Below, piece after piece: positions 38,443 through 46,876 of a DNA stretch of 64,000 nucleotides. The stretch comes from a virus. The notes under the pieces are model-generated. The model saw only the letters and a program-made list of their open reading frames with translations, had not been told where the DNA came from and did no database searches. Position 1 is the stretch's first letter. Every line of letters starts with the position of its first letter. The stretch spans positions 96,001 through 160,000 of IMG/VR virus record IMGVR_UViG_3300002144_000477. One strand, given 5' to 3'. The position numbers were made by a program, and so were the translations under genes.

Positions 38443-39134
38443 TAAATGTCCTCCATATCGCAAATGCATTTGGCAATTATTTTGCCATCCGACTCAATAA
38501 AAATATCACCATCTTCGATAATACAAATGCTATCGTATGGTTTTATATTTCCAAGAAAATCTATGTTTTTAATCCGTACCTTTTTATGTACATCGTCAGC
38601 ATACTGGTAAACAAATTTTAAATAATTTGCACAATATAAAATGCCTGCCGCATTGAAGTCTATGCTTGGGTACGTTGGGTATCTGTATTTTGTGACGCCA
38701 TCTTTGTAACGTGCGCCGCGTGACTGTTTGTGACTATCCCAAAATTCTCTGTTTCGAATTCCCGACGAGTTAGCTCGAAATATTTTCCCGTGGTCGACAT
38801 GAATTCCGATACTGAAAAGTTCGGCGGAGTTTCCGCCCCAAACATGTTTGGTTTTAAAGATGTAGTCATCGATGTAATTTCCTGTTGTTGTAATGTTCAA
38901 TTCGTTATCTTCCCTATTAGGTTCATTTAATGAATAGTTGGTTCTGAGAAAACTTTGATACACTCTCATGCCGTTTACTTTTACTTTGCTAGGCTCTTCG
39001 CTCATATAATGCCAGTGCAAATCTCCTAGAATTTTGCTGACTTGATTTAGATTCAATGATCCATCAGCCAAAAGGTGCGGCATCCCCAATACGATTTTTG
39101 TTTCAACGCTTTCTGTCATTCTGTCATATTCCAC
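38442..39134 (-). CDS. double hot-dog-fold protein (LnmK/Pnap_2097-like)
   Basis: LGMPHL..GDLHW and DFNAAGILYCANY motifs; family recalled from memory. Confidence 0.55.
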   Translation of the reverse strand: MEYDRMTESVETKIVLGMPHLLADGSLNLNQVSKILGDLHWHYMSEEPSKVKVNGMRVYQSFLRTNYSLNEPNREDNELNITTTGNYIDDYIFKTKHVWGGNSAELFSIGIHVDHGKIFRANSSGIRNREFWDSHKQSRGARYKDGVTKYRYPTYPSIDFNAAGILYCANYLKFVYQYADDVHKKVRIKNIDFLGNIKPYDSICIIEDGDIFIESDGKIIAKCICDMEDI

Positions 39135-39228
39135 TGCTTCTAATCTTGTTCATTGTTTCTTCGTCCCAAACTTTAGCCTTCATCGCACGTTCATGTTGGG
39201 CATTCTTATACTCAGGTTCCCCAGGCAT
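39124..39228 (-). CDS. possible 34-aa peptide after queE
   Basis: MPGEPEYKNAQHERAMKAKVWDEETMNKIRSSGI fills the gap between queE and the next gene. Confidence 0.4.
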   Translation of the reverse strand: MPGEPEYKNAQHERAMKAKVWDEETMNKIRSSGI

Positions 39229-40084
39229 TGCCGAATATGTCCACATGTAGTCGGGGTGTGTACCTCCAACCTCGCTCCATTGCCAAAGCGGCAACTCGTT
39301 GTGCGTTTTGTTTATATTCGTCGTACCTGCCTCCGAGTGGCATAGTATAGACTGGGCAGTAGACTCCTGCCTTGGTGTACTCTGTAACTGCCTTTGCAAC
39401 CTCGTCCACGTCATCCACATGAGCAACCACAAATTTAAGATACAAGTCAGCACCAGGAATGTCGTAATAACTACGAACAATTTCAGGCTTAATAGCATCA
39501 TCCCAAGACTCTCCCGAAACAGAGAGCTTTGGACTGCAACTGAATGTAACGGTAATTTGGTCTTGATTTGCGAGATAATCAGCAAGCTCCGGTCTAATAA
39601 CTTGGGTAGCATTTGTTTCAATAGTGACATTTTTTAAATCCTTCATGCGTGGATGGTTGAATAGTTCAACGTAATTACGTTGCCATCCCAGCATCGGTTC
39701 ACCACCAGTGATAATAAAATGAATGTCCTGCCCACTTGGTAATGTCCAGCTACCAGTTGGTGTCAGTGCAAGCAATTGCTCTACTATTTCGTCAGTTGTG
39801 ACATCCTGCATAAAGTGCTTAAACTCAGGGTAGATACTTGCATAGGTATCGCACCCGGTATGCACAATTGGCAAATCATTGAACTCTTTATAGTTATCAA
39901 TGTTTTGGATAATAATTGCAACTTCTGGATTTGGAGTCTTGCTGTCATATGCCTCAGACTTGTCTCTACCAAATTTTTTGCATCTAAAGTTGCATCCGTA
40001 CATGCGAAGGAATACGCTTGGCACACCTACGTATTTTCCCTCGCCTTGAATGCTATAGAATGCTTCTGAAAAACGCCATTTCAT
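39212..40084 (-). CDS. queE: 7-carboxy-7-deazaguanine synthase (radical SAM)
   Basis: FYSIQGEG..G.PSVFLR.YGCNFRC...CDT, TGGEP, ETN, SPK, RLHVDIFGN; next to queD. Confidence 0.92.
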   Translation of the reverse strand: MKWRFSEAFYSIQGEGKYVGVPSVFLRMYGCNFRCKKFGRDKSEAYDSKTPNPEVAIIIQNIDNYKEFNDLPIVHTGCDTYASIYPEFKHFMQDVTTDEIVEQLLALTPTGSWTLPSGQDIHFIITGGEPMLGWQRNYVELFNHPRMKDLKNVTIETNATQVIRPELADYLANQDQITVTFSCSPKLSVSGESWDDAIKPEIVRSYYDIPGADLYLKFVVAHVDDVDEVAKAVTEYTKAGVYCPVYTMPLGGRYDEYKQNAQRVAALAMERGWRYTPRLHVDIFGNAWGT

Positions 40085-40088
40085 ATTT

Positions 40089-40655
40089 TTATCCTTCGTA
40101 TGTTGCAGAGTTGGCGTCGTGCTCAAACACTTCAACACTGGTTAATTTAACATTAGCACCAACACGATACCTCTGTTCAAACACTCTACCGTCAGGATGC
40201 GTCCACCCACGGCCTTCTTGGTATGCTGTTAAGATTTCCAACATTGTTCTATATGCAAGTTCTGCAAATTTTTCACAGCCAACACCTTCTACAATACGCA
40301 AATCAATTACGCCACCACGTTCATGTGGGCGAAGTTTACTAATCTCGCCAGTCCCGCTAGGCATCATTGTGCCTAGATTTGCTAGACGTTTAAACTCATC
40401 TAAAAACGGATCGTCTTGTGCAACAATCGTAGTATGATCAAATTGCCAGTCAAGCCACTCTTTAAATGCTTTTAGTCCACCAAAGTCCATAACCCAGTGG
40501 CGATCGTCAAGTGTGGGACTTTCAAACACCAGCTTAACACCGATTGAATAACCGTGTAGCGTCGAGCAGTGACTATGACTAGAACGCCATTGCCTGAATG
40601 TACAACTCAGACCTCTGTCGTTGCCATACTTTTTAGTACTATAATATTTTGTCAT
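40089..40655 (-). CDS. queD: 6-carboxytetrahydropterin synthase
   Basis: HCSTLHGY, WVMDFG, FDHT, GCE, VFEHDANSA. Confidence 0.9.
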   Translation of the reverse strand: MTKYYSTKKYGNDRGLSCTFRQWRSSHSHCSTLHGYSIGVKLVFESPTLDDRHWVMDFGGLKAFKEWLDWQFDHTTIVAQDDPFLDEFKRLANLGTMMPSGTGEISKLRPHERGGVIDLRIVEGVGCEKFAELAYRTMLEILTAYQEGRGWTHPDGRVFEQRYRVGANVKLTSVEVFEHDANSATYEG

Positions 40656-40688
40656 TGTTTCGTTTTCCCTATGTATGTTATAGGTGGC

Positions 40689-40722
40689 GGAATGTTTTAA
40701 GAGGGACGACACTAAGGCCTCT
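40689..40722 (-). ncRNA. candidate preQ1-I-like riboswitch aptamer in queD leader
   Basis: AGAGG-CCUUAGUGUCGUC-CCUCU-UAAAACAUU; loop AGUGU can pair with tail ACAUU. Confidence 0.6.
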
Positions 40723-40727
40723 AATAT

Positions 40728-41309
40728 CTATTCTATAGTATACTGGTATTTAGGCAAGTTGTCAAATACTTTTTTAACTTTTTCGATATCCTCGTGCATG
40801 TGTATACTAAACCAAATCCTTGGATCGGTAATTTTTACTTCATGCTCTTTAGTAATATTAATAATTATCGGAGTATCAGCCTGTGTCTCATAAGTGTACA
40901 CTTGGTTACTGTCTGGTTCGTAGACTACGCCTGTCCCGCTGTTATCGTGCATTGGGTAGACAAAACTACATTGCCCGTTTTTAATACTGTCACGATGTCG
41001 TGGCACGTTACTACTACTCCAGCATATGGTTGCTGGTGTGAACGTTAACTCGGGAAACGTATGATTAAAAAATTTATCAAGCAGTTCAGTTTCGGGGATG
41101 CCACCTAGTACAAAAAAATCAACGCTAGGACCGCTTTTACTAATCCACCCACCGCTGGGTATTTCACAAACTACACTAGCACCACTTTCGTATATTAAGT
41201 GATTTAAGTATTTTCCGGTGTGTACAAAATCAGTCGCTACTGTTCTAACCATCGTAGTTAGTGCATCCCAATTGTGTGCAATTTTAAATTCTGGCTGGAA
41301 CCCTAACAT
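40728..41309 (-). CDS. 2OG-Fe(II) oxygenase-like cupin
   Basis: VPRHRD ... EHEV ... PRIWFSI (HxD..H..R). Confidence 0.55.
   Translation of the reverse strand: MLGFQPEFKIAHNWDALTTMVRTVATDFVHTGKYLNHLIYESGASVVCEIPSGGWISKSGPSVDFFVLGGIPETELLDKFFNHTFPELTFTPATICWSSSNVPRHRDSIKNGQCSFVYPMHDNSGTGVVYEPDSNQVYTYETQADTPIIINITKEHEVKITDPRIWFSIHMHEDIEKVKKVFDNLPKYQYTIE
40737..40765 (-). promoter_or_regulatory. sigma70-type promoter for queD-queE, inside the 3' end of the upstream gene
   Basis: TTGACA-17-TATACT, with TAAATA in the spacer. Confidence 0.8.
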
Positions 41310-41313
41310 TGCA

Positions 41314-41856
41314 TTAATGCTCCCACGGGAACACTACCCAGACATCATTTTCTGCTTTATTAATTTCTTTTACTGAATAGTCGGTATCAAACGCACTGGC
41401 TTGGTTATCAACTATACTTGCAAAGCGAACATTCTTATGCCAAACTGTATTCCACGTTTCTTCATTGGGCAAACAACTGCTTTGCCAATCTTGTTTAATC
41501 CAGTTAAATGTAGCACCGGTATCATTGATATCATCTAGAATAAGGATATTTTTGCGTAACGAAATATCCCATCGAGCCCCAGTGATTCCTGTCTCTTCAC
41601 TTCGGTTATAACCAAATGCATCTTCGGCCATCCATAGATTGCTCTCTAAGCCAGTAATAGACCGGTCTCGCAAACTAACATCAAGTGTGTACATAGGGAT
41701 GCCGAGACAGTGACTCATTGTAACTGCTGGTATTAGTCCTCCTCTGGTCAGTCCAACAATGTAGTCAGGCCGCCAACTGTCCTTATACATATCGAATGCA
41801 ATCCGGTGAACTGCATCTTTAACAGCGATATCACTGATATATAATTTATTATCCAT
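41314..41856 (-). CDS. purine phosphoribosyltransferase (Gpt-like)
   Basis: GLTRGGLIPA, ILDDINDTGAT, WVVFPWE. Confidence 0.9.
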   Translation of the reverse strand: MDNKLYISDIAVKDAVHRIAFDMYKDSWRPDYIVGLTRGGLIPAVTMSHCLGIPMYTLDVSLRDRSITGLESNLWMAEDAFGYNRSEETGITGARWDISLRKNILILDDINDTGATFNWIKQDWQSSCLPNEETWNTVWHKNVRFASIVDNQASAFDTDYSVKEINKAENDVWVVFPWEH

Positions 41857-41857
41857 G

Positions 41858-42316
41858 TTAATTTCCTAATTTAGTTGATAGGTATTGCTCCCATTGCACC
41901 CACTTATCTTTAACCATAAACCCCCACTCACGCTGTTGTGGTCCAGGCATAAACAGTGTCCAGCAAGTTACGTCCGGATCAAGTTCGATGCGATGAAAGC
42001 TGTTAGCACTAGATACCCGAAAGTGTCCGGGCTTACGCCAAACAGCCACTTCGCAAAGTCTTTTACCATTTTTGTCATAATTTGGAATCCATTCATAGTA
42101 TCCGCCCTTTAAAATAATTGTTGCATATGGCCAGGGATGATCGTGCAGATCGTCTGGGTCTGATTTTAGAAACTTGTGCAAAAATATATTTAACGGGAAA
42201 CTCTTCCTGTCTTTTAAAAACAAGTAGTAACGTTCTAGGTACGGTTCGTTACTAGCACGGTCTAGTACAATGCGCTTACGACCTACTTTATCTAAAACTT
42301 TTAGAAACCATTTCAT
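41858..42316 (-). CDS. cupin-fold protein
   Basis: LHDHPW..GGYYE..FHRIEL..WTLF..WGF. Confidence 0.75.
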   Translation of the reverse strand: MKWFLKVLDKVGRKRIVLDRASNEPYLERYYLFLKDRKSFPLNIFLHKFLKSDPDDLHDHPWPYATIILKGGYYEWIPNYDKNGKRLCEVAVWRKPGHFRVSSANSFHRIELDPDVTCWTLFMPGPQQREWGFMVKDKWVQWEQYLSTKLGN

Positions 42317-42371
42317 AGTATTGTCCTCTTAGAAGTTAAGTTTGTATCCTACTGTTGCACGTACATTAAGT

Positions 42372-43595
42372 TCATCCATTACATTCTTCCTTTAATTTTT
42401 GCGAGACATCACTCCACAACTCGTTAAATGTTGTTGTCTTTTTTAATTCTTGTTCAATTCGATTATTAAAACTTAAAATTCTCATTGCTCGTTGTTTATT
42501 TGAAACTTTTTCAACATTCACAACATCGTTAGAAATTGGTATGCCAGTATAGCACATTTCTTTATATTTTGCTAAAGTGTCGAGAGATAAATTTTTATAA
42601 TTTTCGTATTTTGTTAAAACTTTATCTATTTCTTTTGCAGCCATTAATCGTATACTTTCAGGTGCGAATCTAATGTCTAATTCATAAGGATTAATTAAAT
42701 CACACCAAAATATATCTAAATTTTTGGATAGGCAAAAATCATAAAAATCTAATAGATCAAATGCACTATATAAACAGTACGCCGGATGAGCAATAATGTG
42801 TTGATTATGTTGTTTTAGAATATCGATGTTGTTAACAAAGGTTTTCCATTCAGCTTTATGTCTGACGTATTCAAATCGTTTTTCTAAACAATCAAAACTT
42901 ATCATCCAATGTACATTGATATTTTTATTAGAAATAATAGATTTGAACATCGGGTTATTTGTCAAATCAACACTTAAATTAGTTGTTATATGAACATTTA
43001 CATATTTAGATAAATTGTTAAACAATTTATATATCGATTTCTGTAATAGAGGTTCACCGCCACCTACGGTAATACTAGATAAATGTTCTTGATTATCTAA
43101 TAGATAATTTACGGCGTTCTCTTCATCTACTTTTCCAAGTTCAATGATTTTACCTTTGACTTTTTGCCATTCTGTACTACAATCTGGACCACAATAAAGA
43201 CAAGTCAGATTACACAAATTATTCCAATTAATGCTACAACTGGTTAATACATTTTGATCGTTATTGTCTATTAGGGCACGAACGTCGGCATCTAAACTAT
43301 TAACGTGCATCAATCGTTCACTACGTCCACCGTATGTTTCTGAGTCTTTACAATAACTACAATGATCGTGCCATTCTTCGTTTTTAATACTAGTTTTGAT
43401 TTCGGATAATAGTTTATTTTGTAAAATTTTATCCACTGGATCTTGCAAATTATTGCCTACATTTTCGCTATAAGAACAGATCCCAGTTCCTCCATTTACT
43501 CCTAATCTCAGAGAAGTCCACGGACAGGGGCAAAATGTTTTACTTTGACTGGTTTCTATGATGATTTGTATGATGATTTGTATCCTGTTTGCCAC
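42372..43595 (-). CDS. radical SAM protein with N-terminal twitch-like domain
   Basis: CNLTCLYC, GGGEP, TTN; CPCPW..ICSY..CSYC; start uncertain, GTG 43595 is the first in-frame start downstream of the promoter. Confidence 0.85.
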   Translation of the reverse strand: MANRIQIIIQIIIETSQSKTFCPCPWTSLRLGVNGGTGICSYSENVGNNLQDPVDKILQNKLLSEIKTSIKNEEWHDHCSYCKDSETYGGRSERLMHVNSLDADVRALIDNNDQNVLTSCSINWNNLCNLTCLYCGPDCSTEWQKVKGKIIELGKVDEENAVNYLLDNQEHLSSITVGGGEPLLQKSIYKLFNNLSKYVNVHITTNLSVDLTNNPMFKSIISNKNINVHWMISFDCLEKRFEYVRHKAEWKTFVNNIDILKQHNQHIIAHPAYCLYSAFDLLDFYDFCLSKNLDIFWCDLINPYELDIRFAPESIRLMAAKEIDKVLTKYENYKNLSLDTLAKYKEMCYTGIPISNDVVNVEKVSNKQRAMRILSFNNRIEQELKKTTTFNELWSDVSQKLKEECNG

Positions 43596-43605
43596 TGCAT
43601 AATAC

Positions 43606-43634
43606 ATTATACGACAAAAGAGATCAAATGTCAA
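43606..43634 (-). promoter_or_regulatory. sigma70-type promoter, perfect consensus
   Basis: TTGACA-17-TATAAT. Confidence 0.88.
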
Positions 43635-43656
43635 CCGCAGTGTGTAGGATAATGTG

Positions 43657-43687
43657 GTATTAATACAACGGTTGTATTAATACAACG
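43657..43687. repeat. compound palindrome / direct repeat, operator-like
   Basis: GTATTAATACAACG twice, containing the 16-bp palindrome GTTGTATTAATACAAC. Confidence 0.8.
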
Positions 43688-43698
43688 CCGTAGTTTAA

Positions 43699-44238
43699 TT
43701 ACTTGGCTTCGTGTCTATTCAAGTATTCCAACACAGTTTCAGGACTTGAAACGCCGTATGGGTCCACTGTAGAATTGTCACAGCGGCCTGGCTCTTCAAA
43801 GAACTGTTCAATCACACCATTATACACAATCATAGCATAACGCCAACTACGCATGCCAAAGCCTAGATTGTCTTTGTCCACCAACATACCCAATTGACGA
43901 GTAAATGTACCAGAACCATCTGGGATGAACTTTAGTTTTTCAACCTGTTGATCCAACATCCATTTACGCATGACAAATGTGTCGTTTACACTCAACACGT
44001 AAATGTCGTCTACTGCTTTAGCACAAATTTCTTCGTGATGCTGTTCAAAGCCAGGCACTTGGTATGTTGAGCAAGTTGGTGTAAATGCTCCCGGCAAACT
44101 GAACACCACAACACGACGGTTCTTAAAGATTTCGTCTGTGGTCAAATCTTGCCACTTGAATGGATTGTCGCCGCCGATGCTGTCATCGCGGACTCGTGTT
44201 TTGAATGTCACACTTGGGACTGTGATTCCTTGCTTCAT
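43699..44238 (-). CDS. peroxiredoxin (Prx5/redoxin type)
   Basis: LPGAFTPTCS, SVNDTFVM..W, PDG, GFGMRSWRYAM; AAGGAG SD. Confidence 0.95.
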   Translation of the reverse strand: MKQGITVPSVTFKTRVRDDSIGGDNPFKWQDLTTDEIFKNRRVVVFSLPGAFTPTCSTYQVPGFEQHHEEICAKAVDDIYVLSVNDTFVMRKWMLDQQVEKLKFIPDGSGTFTRQLGMLVDKDNLGFGMRSWRYAMIVYNGVIEQFFEEPGRCDNSTVDPYGVSSPETVLEYLNRHEAK

Positions 44239-44376
44239 TATTTTACTCCTTGAAATGATCAAACTCAGTGTTTCCACTGATATGTTATTGTAACAGTATT
44301 TACTATAGAAATCTACTATTATTTCATTGTTTTTTATTGTATTTTCCTATGGCATCAATTGGTATTTCCATTGGCC

Positions 44377-44399
44377 AAAAGAAACCCGCCGAAGCGGGT
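44377..44399 (-). terminator. intrinsic terminator
   Basis: Minus strand ACCCGC-TTCG-GCGGGT-TTCTTTT. Confidence 0.85.
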
Positions 44400-44417
44400 A
44401 TATCTAATTGGTATAGA

Positions 44418-46094
44418 TTAAAACTTGACGTTAAATCCAGCAGTTATAGTGGTGTTATCACCTAATGCTGATGTTGACTTGCTCAATCTAGCTTCCCAAT
44501 TCACTTTCTCGTCTTCTTTAACTAAACCTATACTAGCTTGATTTACGCCATCAGAATGATGTAACATAGTAAAGTCCACTAGACCTAAATCTACTTTGGC
44601 ACCAACCGTGGCGTAATCATACATGGTGTTTGTGTTAGCAACAGCACGAGCAGTAATAATGTCACCAGTTTCAGTGTAAGCATCAGTTTTACGTTGTCCA
44701 CTGGTGTAACCAATCACAGAAGTAACTTTATCATTTAATTTTAATTCATATGATATTCTCGCGCTAGTATCTGTACCGCTGGTGGCTCCAGCATTTGCCC
44801 AAGAACCAATGGTACGAGATAACAAGTAGTCTGATGTGACATGTGTTAGTCCTACTTCGACGGTGCCTTTTTCCAGTTCTTTGCCAATCGAACCATTAAA
44901 TATACGTGTGTCAGCACTGGCACTGTTGCCTTGATTGTTAACATTAGTTGATAATTCTGCAATGCCGCCACCGATGATAATTCCATTTTCGATACGTCTC
45001 TTGCCACCTACAGTGATGCCTTTTGTGCGTCCTTCAAGACCATTTTTATAAACATGTGAAATGCCAATGGCTTTAATACCATCAAACTCTATACCTCTAG
45101 CCACGGAGTTTGTGATGTCTTGTGCTGTAGCAAGTTGATCAATGCGCCCAACTGCTTGTGCAGTTGCTATACTAGTTTGTACCAGATCAACAGTTGAACT
45201 TGAAGTTGTTACTGTGTTAGTAGTTGAAACAGAGCAAGATTGTGTTCCGTTTGCTGTAGTAGTCGAATTATCACTGTATGTAGTAACTGTTGTAGGAGTT
45301 GTACAAGTTGTAGTTGTCACTGGCGTTGTATTAGTTACAATAGTTGTTACTGGAGTTGTGTCTACAGTAGTAACAGTAGTGTCAACTGTTTGTGTTATGG
45401 TATCTTCGCTTACTGCGTGTGCTGTAGTAACTGCTCTTACAGTTGTGCCGTTAGTTACTGTATTTGTTATCACAGTTGCGCCTGTTGAACTAGAAGAAGT
45501 AACAGTCGGGGTTCCTGCTGTTGTGCTTACTACAGTTGGTGTACCACTATATGTTTGACCTGCTGCCAATGGCGTTGTGTTTGTGTATGTATAGTTGGAT
45601 AACTTGGTTGCATCAACGCTTCTATCCATGGTGGTAAATGACGCACTATCGTTTTTGGAATAGCCTCCTTCAATAGTAATAACAGTTCCCCAGCTACCAT
45701 TACCTAGATAGAATATAGCGCCGTCGCCTAACGCTGTAAATGTACCAGTATGGTTAATAACTTTGTAAAGTGTACCGTCTGACTCGTACAAGGCTAAACC
45801 ATATGTGCCGGGGTTAGTAGTACTGTCAAAGAAAGCAAAGTATCTTCCATTGGCAGATGCATCAGCAATTTGCGCATCTGTTAGTCGTGAGGCACTGGAT
45901 GCTTGTGTAGCATAATTAACGCTGGCATACAAGTTTTGAAACCAGCTGGCATTCAGTGTTGTGCCATTCCAGCTGTATTGTACATCCCAAATTTGTGCGG
46001 TACTGAATCGACCGTCTGTAATGGCAGCAAATGCGCTGGCCATTGTTAACATTGCGGCAGCGGCCGCAGTCACGAGTTTTTTTAACATTTTCAC
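44418..46094 (-). CDS. autotransporter-like outer-membrane beta-barrel protein
   Basis: Signal peptide ..ASAFA, Thr-rich stalk, amphipathic beta strands, YTETG, C-terminal AGFNVKF; AAGGAG SD. Confidence 0.8.
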   Translation of the reverse strand: MKMLKKLVTAAAAAMLTMASAFAAITDGRFSTAQIWDVQYSWNGTTLNASWFQNLYASVNYATQASSASRLTDAQIADASANGRYFAFFDSTTNPGTYGLALYESDGTLYKVINHTGTFTALGDGAIFYLGNGSWGTVITIEGGYSKNDSASFTTMDRSVDATKLSNYTYTNTTPLAAGQTYSGTPTVVSTTAGTPTVTSSSSTGATVITNTVTNGTTVRAVTTAHAVSEDTITQTVDTTVTTVDTTPVTTIVTNTTPVTTTTCTTPTTVTTYSDNSTTTANGTQSCSVSTTNTVTTSSSTVDLVQTSIATAQAVGRIDQLATAQDITNSVARGIEFDGIKAIGISHVYKNGLEGRTKGITVGGKRRIENGIIIGGGIAELSTNVNNQGNSASADTRIFNGSIGKELEKGTVEVGLTHVTSDYLLSRTIGSWANAGATSGTDTSARISYELKLNDKVTSVIGYTSGQRKTDAYTETGDIITARAVANTNTMYDYATVGAKVDLGLVDFTMLHHSDGVNQASIGLVKEDEKVNWEARLSKSTSALGDNTTITAGFNVKF

Positions 46095-46142
46095 AACTCC
46101 TTATTATTGTTATTATTGTGTGAATCTGTGTATTTATCAGTC

Positions 46143-46167
46143 AAAAGAAAACCCGCCTAAGCGGGTT
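46143..46167 (-). terminator. intrinsic terminator
   Basis: Minus strand AACCCGC-TTAG-GCGGGTT-TTCTTTT; near copy of 44377..44399. Confidence 0.85.
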
Positions 46168-46187
46168 ATCGTGTGCGTATGGTTGAG

Positions 46188-46487
46188 TTAAAATTTAAGT
46201 GATTCCATGGTGATAATTTTACTAATCTCTTCACCTAAATCAACATCATCGGTAATAATGTAATTGTCACCTGTGGATCTGTCAGTTCTATTATCGTAGC
46301 GTCTAGTGCTGACAATAAACCCACCATTGGCCTTGGTCAGTGTAAAACGCATGGGCTCGCCAAAGGTTTCAACATCGTCGCAAGATACTAAACTGCCCCT
46401 CGACAATTTCGATTGGTAGGCATCTGCATCTGGTTTTTCATTGGGATCACGAACCCAATCGCGTAGTTTTCTTTTAAGCCATTTCAT
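46188..46487 (-). CDS. hypothetical phage protein
   Basis: GGAG SD, coupled ORF. Confidence 0.75.
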   Translation of the reverse strand: MKWLKRKLRDWVRDPNEKPDADAYQSKLSRGSLVSCDDVETFGEPMRFTLTKANGGFIVSTRRYDNRTDRSTGDNYIITDDVDLGEEISKIITMESLKF

Positions 46488-46876
46488 GTTTTAATCTCCG
46501 TGATTAACAACGGGCCATACATAGTTGTTTCGCACTCCTCGAATGACCAGCCTGCTTCCTCGAATGCCGCAAACCCGTCGTTGTCCCACATTTCATCTAC
46601 TTCTGCAAGCAATAATTGATCACCGTCTGTATTAAAATCCAGTGAAATGCCATCATCCATTTCTTGGTCTTGGATAGCGTAGTCGTCTAGATCGAATCCA
46701 AACTCATTGGTTGAATTATATTCAACGTCGAACTCTTGATCGTCTTCAACTTCGATGATCGCATGTCCCCGCCGCCAAAGTTGATCTACATAAAAAATGC
46801 GACCGTCAGGGTGTGTCCATGTTTCGACTTGCTTAATACTTTTTTTATCTTTAGGTTCAATTTTGTATAATTTCAT
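46484..46876 (-). CDS. acidic hypothetical protein
   Basis: ATGA coupling to the folE stop. Confidence 0.75.
   Translation of the reverse strand: MKLYKIEPKDKKSIKQVETWTHPDGRIFYVDQLWRRGHAIIEVEDDQEFDVEYNSTNEFGFDLDDYAIQDQEMDDGISLDFNTDGDQLLLAEVDEMWDNDGFAAFEEAGWSFEECETTMYGPLLITEIKT

Noticed and set aside
39229-39630. 168-aa ORF 39124..39630 as a full gene
   Set aside because: Most of it overlaps queE in another frame; only the last 34 codons plausibly code.
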